Positions 1 to 13,061 of a stretch of DNA of 64,000 nt are shown here, piece by piece. Position 1 is the first letter of the stretch. Each line of letters begins with the position of its first letter. The translations under genes were made by a program, and so were the position numbers. A model generated the notes under the pieces. That model saw only the letters and a list, made by a program, of their open reading frames with translations. It made no database searches and was not told the origin of the DNA. This DNA is from Dimorphilus gyrociliatus (taxonomy: Eukaryota; Animalia; Annelida): assembly GCA_904063045.1 (NCBI GenBank), contig CAJFCJ010000009.1, positions 1,302,968 through 1,366,967 of the forward strand, written 5' to 3'.

Positions 1-3444
<3,444 letters not shown>

Positions 3445-3591
3445 TTATTCTAATCTTGGAGACAACGAACCAATCAGAATTCAATGAGAACGTTTTGCTC
3501 GTCAATAAGCGGGAAAATATGATTTTCCAATACATTTTTGTTATGAGAGCAATATTTTAATTAGTCTATTTATCTACTGATACTATATAAA

Positions 3592-3876
3592 TTATAAATG
3601 ATTATTAGATAAAAAATCTTGTTCTATCTCTTTAGTGCCTTTTAAATCATTCAGTGCTATGGAGTATCTGAGTGCTTTTGTACTTTCTACTAAATTACTC
3701 TCAGAGCAGCTTTCAATTCCAACATTTGGCCTTCTGGCTCGTATATTGTATCCAAGCATACAAACGAAGCCACAAATAAGTAGAATGATAGCTATACAGG
3801 CACCTGCTGTTAGAGCCATATAGCCAGCTGAATTATTCCTTTGTTCTTCATCAGTTGTATTAGTATAGTTAGCCAT
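3592..3876 (-). CDS. Orphan 94-aa single-pass membrane protein
   Basis: ATG-initiated ORF; N-terminal N-glycosylation sequons (NYT, NTT, NNS); TM ALTAGACIAIILLICGFVCMLGY followed by basic RARR. Confidence 0.6.
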   Translation of the reverse strand: MANYTNTTDEEQRNNSAGYMALTAGACIAIILLICGFVCMLGYNIRARRPNVGIESCSESNLVESTKALRYSIALNDLKGTKEIEQDFLSNNHL

Positions 3877-4331
3877 AATTTGTCAAGAATTTTAATAAAA
3901 TTTGTAATTACTTTAATTATAGAAAAGTATTTTAACTAGATATATATATAACGAATAATATACTATGTTAATAAACCACATTTAAGAAATAAATGTTCAA
4001 GTTTCTTTTAAATGTTCTTTTTTTTTTAAAAGAATATCTCATGATTGTGTATATATATAAATTTATATATATACATGTATTTTGTTTATTTCGTTTTAAA
4101 GTTATATTTAAGAGTCATTTTCCCACGACATTTATCTTGTAAAAGTACATTTTTTTAATGCTATCTATATTAATTTCATGAATTTTTAAGGGGTAAAAAT
4201 AGAACATTCGTAATTCCATGAAAGTTTCCCCTGATCGTTATACCAGTTTTTGTAACTATGCAAGAGCTGCGACTGAATCATTAGACAATCCTGTATAATT
4301 TCATAGAAAACTTTAAAAGCAAATAGCAATC

Positions 4332-4810
4332 ATGTCCAACGAAAGAGCATACGCACATCCCGCATTCCATGGCGGAAAGAATAATTCGGAACAAGTAACT
4401 ATATTATTGTTTTTATAAAGAAATTATAAAACTTTATTATGTATCTTATGTTAACAATTTTTTAAGGTTACGGATGAATACTTAACATGTCCAATAAGTG
4501 GACGACCTGGATTTATACATCCAAAAATTTTGCTATGCGGCCATACATTTAGCAAAGCAAGCTTGGAAAGTTATGTAAGTATGGCTCATTTTTGAAAGAG
4601 ATAGCGATAATGCTTTTAATGAAATAGGCTGGTGGAGCTAGATGCTTTTGCTGTCCAATGTGTGGAAAGGTGACAGAATTACCATCTAACGGGGTTTCTG
4701 GCCTTAGAGACAACATCTTTATTGATACACAAGTTGAAATGCTACTCTCAAGACATAATAAGGCTAGAGGCCGCGATGACTCTTTTTACAACATAACAAA
4801 ATACGAATGA
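4332..4810 (+). CDS. 117-aa stand-alone degenerate RING-finger protein (TRIM-like RING), 3 exons; not in the ORF track
   Basis: Exons 4332-4394, 4467-4574, 4628-4810, phase-0 GT-AG introns: MSNERAYAHPAFHGGKNNSEQ|VTDEYLTCPISGRPGFIHPKILLCGHTFSKASLESY|AGGARCFCCPMCGKVTELPSNGVSGLRDNIFIDTQVE...KYE*. Confidence 0.85.
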
Positions 4811-5033
4811 TCTAGTTTGGGAAAATCCTATTGATTAATGCAAAATTACTTAATGACAAAAAGCTTTTCATGACCTATTTTTGAATTATAACCTAGTGCT
4901 ATAAAGTATATTTGTCTAAATTTCACGGATGTAGGTATCTAAAAATTGAAGTACTGATACTAAGGAAAAAAAAGAAAACACACATTACTAATATATTCAG
5001 AATTCATCTACTTGAATATCTAATACAGTATTT

Positions 5034-5975
5034 TTATTCAGTTTCATCGTCGTCACCGCAAGTATTCAAACTTAAAACTTCTACTTGACCCTTTCCTTTC
5101 GTTTCCATTTTGACTATGTCATCTATTTCTCTAAATAGTCCGGGGTCGATTACTACTGTCTATAATAAATGAGTAGGAAAATTTCTTTAGTTAATTATTC
5201 TATTGTTTTCTACGCTTTGACTATTCTTACCATTTCCAAGTCGCAGTCGAATTCTTCAGATAATATTTGGGCATTTGTTTTCTTTACTTTTTCTCTTACC
5301 CTCTTCCCGTCTTTGCTTGGTATAAATAGTCTCAATTTCATCTGGGCTCTTTCAATCTTGAACGTTTCAGTAGCTTTCAATTGTTGTATAACATCCAAAG
5401 CTTGTTGTTTTGCACTTCGACTAGGTTTTACTGAGATATGACAATCTTTCATAGCCTTTTCTATCATTGTTACTGTATAAGGTTTTTTAGTTTCCGGATT
5501 TATACATTTTTCAGAAACAACAGTAGCTATATCTCTGAAAGTATTTTCAATTTGGGCCTGTCTTTCTTTTTCAGTGACTTGCAATTCTCCTTTTGTTAAA
5601 ATCTATGGAAGATTGTCATTTTTTTTTAAAAAAATGTCTTAATAATAAATATAACTTACTATTTTGCATATATCTGTTGCATCATCAGTATTAAATGCTT
5701 TTCGTAAGTCGTCAGCTTTGGCAACTTGGCCTTTTGAAACGTTTAAAAACACAGTTGGTGTCTGTAGAACTTCATCAATGTCGGTTTCACTAAATGAACA
5801 TTTTGTTTTTGTTATTACATTAAGAAAAAAATTTATTAGATTACATTTTATTTCTCCATGGCATAACTTTATTTGGATAACAAGCTATTTCGAATCGCTT
5901 TCCTCCTTTTTTTAATCTAACGACAGCGATGTTAGTTAGCCGTTTTTGATTTGTGGGAGTAAATATAGTAGCCAT
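5034..5975 (-). CDS. SBDS: Ribosome maturation factor SBDS
   Basis: [37 protein letters not shown]...[20 protein letters not shown]...RAQMKLRL; multi-exon. Confidence 0.97.
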
Positions 5976-6321
5976 TTCAAGCTCCTTCCAGCTTCAGTCG
6001 TTTTTAATTCTTTATGATATATATATATGTACCAATATTGCTTGATTTCAAGTGAACTTGCAATTTCTCGTGGTAAATTTCCACTTGACAGGTAACCTGA
6101 CTAATATATCTTTATATATATATATTTATACACATAGACAGTATTATCCGCAGCGAATCGAACTTTTTTTTCAACTCTTTGTCGCGTTATGAGGGAATGC
6201 ATAAAAAATTATTAATACGGTTTCAAAATGTACGTTCACAACTTTTCAGTTCTTACTTTATGACAAGCTAAGTCTGCCACTCAAAAATTAAAATTTTAAA
6301 AACAAACTAATTGTTAGGAAA

Positions 6322-6390
6322 GCTGTCTGCAAGTTGGTAATTTTCGTATTATTGATATCAAAATACGAAAATGCGCAAATAGCAGACGGC
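6322..6390. repeat. Imperfect ~69-nt inverted repeat with a near-perfect 33-nt palindromic core
   Basis: ATTTTCGTATT-A-TTGATATCAA-AATACGAAAAT (6340-6372), enclosed by GCTGTCTGC (6322-6330) and GCAGACGGC (6382-6390). Confidence 0.7.
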
Positions 6391-6395
6391 ACATA

Positions 6396-6410
6396 GTTTT
6401 CATTAGAAAC
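6396..6410 (+). promoter_or_regulatory. RFX X-box-like motif upstream of IFT56
   Basis: GTTTTC-ATT-AGAAAC fits the GTHNYY / RRNAAC half-sites; ~100 bp upstream of the ATG of a ciliary gene. Confidence 0.55.
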
Positions 6411-6510
6411 GCGAATTCCTTTACTTTGAAAATAGGAAAAATTTTTTTCGACTTTTGACCGTTTTATACTTGGATCAACTCAAAAAAGTAACAAACAAAA
6501 ATCAGTCAAG

Positions 6511-9188
6511 ATGGTTTGTATATTAATCTTTAATATTTACATAGATAAATGATTTTAATTTGATTTGTTTGCCAAAAAGATGCTCTCAAGGCAAAAGCCC
6601 GCTGTTGGGCCAGGATCTCAAGCAGCTTCAAAACAGAAAGAAAAGAAACACGAATTACCTAAATTTGAAGAATTCATTGAACAACGAGATTATACCGGAG
6701 CAGGAACACTTTTAGATACTCGTTCGATTCCTGGAATGAATCCAGATGACTATGATGCATGGATAGCGTACTGTGCCTTCCATTTGGGTGATTTCAAAAA
6801 ATCAATGGATTGTTACGAAAAGATCTTAAAGAGAGATGGAAGTAATCCCGAAGTGTGGCTATGGTTGGCTTGTACATATTTCATGTTAGGAATGTATCCA
6901 GATGCTGATGAAGCTGCAAAAAAATCTCCAAAATCTAAACTTCAAAATCGTCTACTTTTCCATTTATCTCATAAGTTTAATGACGAAAAAAGACTTATGA
7001 GTCACCATCAAAGTCTACAGGACGTAACGGAAGATCAACTATCACTAGCTTCTATTCATTACCTACGTTCTCATTATCAAGAAGCTATTGATATTTACAA
7101 ACGTATCCTATTGGAAAACAGGTATGGTTTTTAAGCCTAGCTTTGCTAAAAATTCACTTACAAAATCTTTACTTGTTCCTTCACATATGCTTACACTTTT
7201 CAGGGAATATTTAGCGCTCAACGCTTATGTGGCTTTGTGCTATTACAAACTCGATTATCATGATGTATCACAGGTAAAAGTCTTTATAATTCCTTTTTTT
7301 TATTACTCTAAACAGTGAATTTACAACTGTTAACGTTTATGTTGCAATTTGTTATCATAAAATGGATTATTTTGATTTATCCCAGGTCTGTTTATCAATG
7401 GAATTGTCTTTTTATTCTGAAAATATTAGGCTAAAATTAATAGGTGATTAAAACAGACTAATAAGTTGGTAATTTCCTATGTTGTAGGAAGTTTTGGCTG
7501 TCTACCTTCAGCAATATCCCGATAGTGCTATAGCACTCAATCTCAAGGCCTGCAATCACTACAGATTATACAATGGAAAAGCTGCTGAAGCGGAATTGAA
7601 AACTCTACAAGACATAGCATCACCATCTTTCACTTTTGCTAGAGATCTTGTCAAACATAATCTAGTTGTTTTTCGGTCTGGAGAGGGCGCACTTCAAATT
7701 CTACCTCCTCTAATTGACGTTCTACCTGAAGCTAGATTAAATTTAGTTATTTATTACCTAAAACAAGACGATGTTGGTGAAGCCTTTCAACTAATCAAAG
7801 ATCTGGATCCAACAACTCCTCAAGAATACATACTAAAAGGAGTTGTTAATGCAGCTGTAGGACAGGATCAAGGAACGGTTAGTATCTATTTATCAGTAAA
7901 TAGTAAAATTACAACAAAAGGCATAATTCAAATTTTCTAAATTGTACACTTATGAAGGAGATACAAACAAAAACTGATAAGGTATTACTGCATACCGTGT
8001 ACCGCTTATGTAACAAACGAATGTTGTTAATGATAATATCTGTCTCTTTCTCTCTCTTCCTCTCTCTATCTCTCTCCCTCTCCCTCATCTATTTATAATT
8101 ATATTTAATATTTATGTAACTTGAAAATATTATGGAATGTTAACCAATAGTCTAATAGTAATGAGTGAAATCGTCACACCATCATATAGACTGTTCAATG
8201 TAATTCAGTCACCATTTTGCACTATATTTTATTTACATTAACTTATTTACAAACTTTAATTTTCCATAGTTTGTTTATACGAAAACAAATATAATCAAAA
8301 TTAACTTAATTTTCATAACAGAAAGAACATTTGAAAGTAGCTCAACAGTATTTCCAGTTAGTTGGGGGATCAGCTAGCGAATGCGGTAAAAATTTTATAT
8401 ATACATTATATATTGTTTAATTGCATAATTAATTATATTATTTAAATTATAGACACCATCCCTGGTAGACAATGTATGGCATCTTGTTTTTTCTTATTAA
8501 AACAATTTGACGATGTTTTAATCTACTTAAATTCTGTTAAAGTAAATATTTTAAATGTTCTCCATTAGGATAAACTAATAATAGATTTATTATATTATTA
8601 TATTATTTAAACAGAGTTATTTCTACAACGACGATCTATTCAATTATAATTATGCCCAAGCAAAGGCGGCTGTTGGTAATTTTAAGGAAGCTGAAGAAGT
8701 TTTCTTGTTAATTACCAACGAAAAGATCAAGTCAGAATATACCTACCTATCGTGGTTGGCCAGATGTTACATTATGAACAGAAAGGCTCGCTTAGCCTGG
8801 GAGCTCTACTTGAAAATGGAGACATCTAGTGAATCATTCAGCTTGTTAGGCTTAATAGCTAACGATTGCTATAAAATGGGACAATTTTATTACGCTGCAA
8901 AAGCATTCGATGTTCTTGAGAGATTGGATCCGAATCCAGAATACTGGGAAGGTAAAAGAGGAGCTTGTGTAGGAGTTTTTCAAATGATTATCGCAAATCA
9001 CGAGCCAAAGTGAGCTAAATTATCTATTTCCCTTTTGAATTGAAATTTATTAATTAACAATATTTTGCAGAGAAAAACTACGAGAAATATTACAATTGCT
9101 TAGAAACACGAGTAATCCTCAAGTAGATTATATTACAAAAATCATGAGAAACTGGGCAAAAGATAACAAAGTTGCGATTCCTGACTAA
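6511..9188 (+). CDS. TTC26: Intraflagellar transport protein 56 (TPR protein)
   Basis: ATG-only first coding exon at 6511, then [10 protein letters not shown]...[22 protein letters not shown]...[17 protein letters not shown]...KVAIPD* (TAA 9186-9188). Confidence 0.96.
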
Positions 9189-9710
9189 ACAAGGTATTAG
9201 ATAGAAATTATTAATTCTTAAAACCTATTACTACTGTACTTACTTCTTTTCTTTAGAGGAGAGGTGAATGAATCCTAAAACTATTACAATATCACTTTGA
9301 AAATGAAAAAAAAAACAACTACTATTATATTTAACCATTTGGGGCGATGAAAACTGTTCATATATTATTCCATATATATTACAAATATATATTACAAACA
9401 AATTGTTTGTCTTCTTAAAATATCTATTTATTTTTTAAATTCAATAAAATGTAATCTCATTTATCAATATCTTTCGTATTTGCAACAAATATTTGATGCT
9501 GTAACTTTAGTCTAAAGAAAAAGAAAGGAAAGAGACTGAGAGAGAGGAAACTTCAACGACTGCTATAAATAAGTAATAAAACTATAGTACAAATCGATAG
9601 TTACGACCTAATTACTATAAAAATTATAGTTATTTAATTTTGTATTCAACAAAAGAATTTCTATAACAAGAAAATATTTCACAGTTTTTCCCCTGACAAT
9701 ATTTTACGAT

Positions 9711-11659
9711 TTAGTTAGGTAGGCCATCTTTTCTTGCATATTTAACTGTTGGTAACGATTTATAATAACGATCATCAAAGTCTACTTTATCCATTAACTT
9801 TGTTCTTTCCCTATGCCATTCCTCAAGACATTCATAACCGTACCATTTATACGTTAGGTTAAACTTGTTCATAAACATTTCGGGTCTTGTCACTAGCCAT
9901 GGAACGTCTTTAATCCCAAAATGGCATATACCTCTCACATACCGACCCAAACAGTCGCGTCCACCGTAATGACGACCCGAATTCCATAGTTTTAATCGAA
10001 TAGCAAGATTGTAAGAATAGTTGTCAGCTAATTTCGAATTACCTACAATTATTCATTCAAGTTTGCGTTTTAGACGATAATCTAATCAAGATAGACAAAC
10101 TATTGTGAGCATACCGTAATATCCACCTGGTGCATTAAGATATTTATTATAGTTTAAAACGTTGTAATAATGTTCACTAGGATGACCAGTGTCTTTGCAC
10201 CAATTTAAATAATCAATGCCAATTTTACTCTCGACTACGTACTTTACAAAATTATGAGAAAATAAGCCGTGCATCTCTCCTTTATAAAATGTTACATTCT
10301 CATAAAATTGGGTTTTCTGTTCGAAAGTATCATAGAAGATCATTTGCTGATAGGTTATACTCCACCTATGACCCCATTTATGAATAACTCGATCCATTTC
10401 CATTCTAAAAGATTTTAGTAGTTTAATTATTAATTATTGATTTATTTTTTATATTTACCTCGAAAGTGATCCTGCAATGTCATTTGATCCATTAAATATT
10501 TCTGCAATTCTAGCCAATTCGTAATTGGTTCGCAAAGGAAATTCTTGACCGGTAAGATTAATAAAGTATTTCCACCGACCCCTAGATTATAAAACAAGCA
10601 AAAACGTTTCTTTTCTGTTGTAATTAACTTTTTGATAGCCAGCAAAAGTAAAAAGTTTGCAAAAAGAAGAAAGAAAGAATTGAGAGATCGGTGAGTAGCT
10701 CAAAATGTTAATTGGAAAAATTGCAAGAAAGAGGAGAACGTTTGTAATTCCGAACCTGTAATATCTAATTAGGTCTCTCATACAATTGATATCTGGGAGT
10801 AATACACTAACATCTCCCCATTTTATCTTATCCAAATGGGAAGCTATAAAAACATTATCAAAACATTTTGCTAATGCCCTAACTGTTCTATGAAAGATTA
10901 AGGGTGATTTAACATCAATATGGATGCAGTAAATATTATGGGGTCTCCATATAGCTCGTAAAAGTCTTTCGGCTTGTTCAAAATCTCTATAAATTGAAAG
11001 ACTAAATGCTAAAGGCCATTTTTCCTCCTGTATACGATAAAAAATATAGCATCTAATCAAATAATTAATACGTCTAGAATAATAAATTCTAAAACACCCG
11101 CCTGTTCTGTTGCAACTTCAACGTATCCTCTTGCTCTTCTAAAGTCCTTACATCGAGACAACCACCATTGATAAGTCTCTAAAGGTACCGGAATTTTCCC
11201 CGGTCTTTCTATATGCAAACTTTCAGCTTTATTTATTTCTTGCTCATCATTTTTCATAACTCTAGAACATTTAATTGTTCCTTGATGTTCTATAGATGGG
11301 ACAATATACGAGGATCTCTCAGAGTAGTCATACTTCAGAGGAACTTTGTATTTATGCTGAGCTTGAGTATATACTTCGTCTATACGAGTTTTGTCTTTTT
11401 CAAAAGGCTCGTTCTTTTCTTCAGCATATATAGGTTGAGGACGTAAATGCACACCTTTTTCGTAGTCATCCAAGGTTTTGTAGTACTCGTGTTCTATCAC
11501 TTCGAGTGATAATTTTTTTGTATTTGAAGACTTTACTGAACTTGTATTGGTAAGAATCCATATATTAAAAAGTAGAAGAGATATGTTCACTAATAGCAAT
11601 ATTCCATATTTGTAATGTCGCCTAAGATAGATAAAAACATTTCTTCTCAATTGATGCAT
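9711..11659 (-). CDS. Core-2/I-branching beta-1,6-GlcNAc transferase (GT14, GCNT family)
   Basis: Type II anchor YGILLLVNISLLLFNIWIL; motifs PLAFSLSIYRD, RPHNIYCIHIDVKS, WKYFINLTGQEFP, RGICHFGIKDVPWL, MFMNKF. Confidence 0.92.
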
Positions 11660-12148
11660 GGTCGTCAAAAAAGTTTATTTCGCAAATTTTCACTAGCTAA
11701 TAGAACTGGTTCTTGAAGATGCCTAGAACCAAAATATTTAACGTCAAAATAGGATTTCAAGAAGGAGTATTACAACTTTAATTAGTTCTCCCTTTACTAT
11801 AAAATAAGTTATTACCTTTAAGTGCCACACCACCCCCAGCTTTCCGCTCCTATAGTAATCTTCGTATGCATAAAATACGAAGACGATTTAAGAGCCTTTG
11901 AAAAGGGTATTGAGCCTAAAAAGATTACTATATTTTGGGTTGCTTACGTGCAAGTCGTGAGGAGAATAATTAAAGAGTTGAGCGAGCTTATATCTAGCTT
12001 AAGGCTGCACTATAGATAAGATTAAGTGTACTCTTTTAAGAACAACTCTCGCACTTAACATATGTAATTCTAATGCTTTCGTTCAAGAAGAATAAGAAAG
12101 TAATATATATTCAATTCAAAAACGTGTATTTCTGATAACTTTAAGAAA

Positions 12149-12908
12149 TTAGTTCTCCTCGTCTTCTTCTTCGTCGTTATTGATGTTGAAGTAACGAACT
12201 TCGTAGGATTCCTTGGCGTTAGCTACTACACGAAGCCAATCACGAAGACTGTTCTTCTTGAGATATTTCTTTGTTAAATATTTCAAATATCTCTTGCTGA
12301 AGGGAATTTCGGCATGAACGGTAATCTTGTTCTTGTCCTTGACAAGCTTGACATCTTTTCCCATGTTGCCGGTTTTTCCATTTACCTTAACTTTTTCTTT
12401 CAAGAAGGCTTCCTAGAAAATAATTCAAACAATACACTAGGGAAGGTGACCCTAGATAACAACGTTTAATTTAAGAGACTGAATCGTCACAGTTTACTTA
12501 CAAAGTTCTCAACGTTCATAACACCATCTTCAACTGGGTGAGTGCAGTCAATAGTGAATGACTTGGCGTCCTTGTTCTTCTTCTTTCCCTTTGGCTTGGG
12601 TCTCTTTTGAACAGTTTTAGTCTGAAAACCATGAAATTGTTTATAATACCTTGGAATAGTATTTGAATTAGACAGTGTTCAAAGTAAAATCATAGGGAGT
12701 ATTAATTCAATTGTTCTCAGCGTGGCACGTGGTCTCAATACTACATTTCATTTAATTTCACAAACTCCCGAAAATTTACAAAATGTTTTATCGCTATTCC
12801 TTTCTTTAAGTATTTATAATAAAGTAGATACGAGTTAAAATAGAAAAAAAAGGAAAAAGATAGGTGAAATATTGACAAAATGTTTCAAGCTATGCTTACC
12901 GGTGCCAT
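12149..12908 (-). CDS. RPL22: 60S ribosomal protein L22 (eL22)
   Basis: Exon 1 ATGGCACCG (12908-12900), exon 2 from 12621; [12 protein letters not shown]...[27 protein letters not shown]. Confidence 0.98.
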
Positions 12909-12920
12909 CTTGGATTCCGT

Positions 12921-12934
12921 GGAGAAAAAGGAAG
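12921..12934 (-). promoter_or_regulatory. 5' terminal oligopyrimidine (TOP) tract, likely TSS of RPL22
   Basis: CTTCCTTTTTCTCC 13-26 nt upstream of the ATG; typical of ribosomal-protein mRNAs. Confidence 0.75.
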
Positions 12935-12977
12935 ACTGATAGTTGAAATTTTGCGATGTATAATGTATAGAAAATTA

Positions 12978-13020
12978 AAAATGGCGATATAAATAATCTA
13001 AATAAAGCGCCGCCATTTTG
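12978..13020. promoter_or_regulatory. Two oppositely oriented YY1-like motifs in the RPL22/NUP210 bidirectional promoter
   Basis: AAAATGGCG (12978-12986) and CCGCCATTTTG (13010-13020). Confidence 0.45.
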
Positions 13021-13061
13021 AAATATCAATGAAAGTACATGTCTACCGGAAGGAAAGAGAC

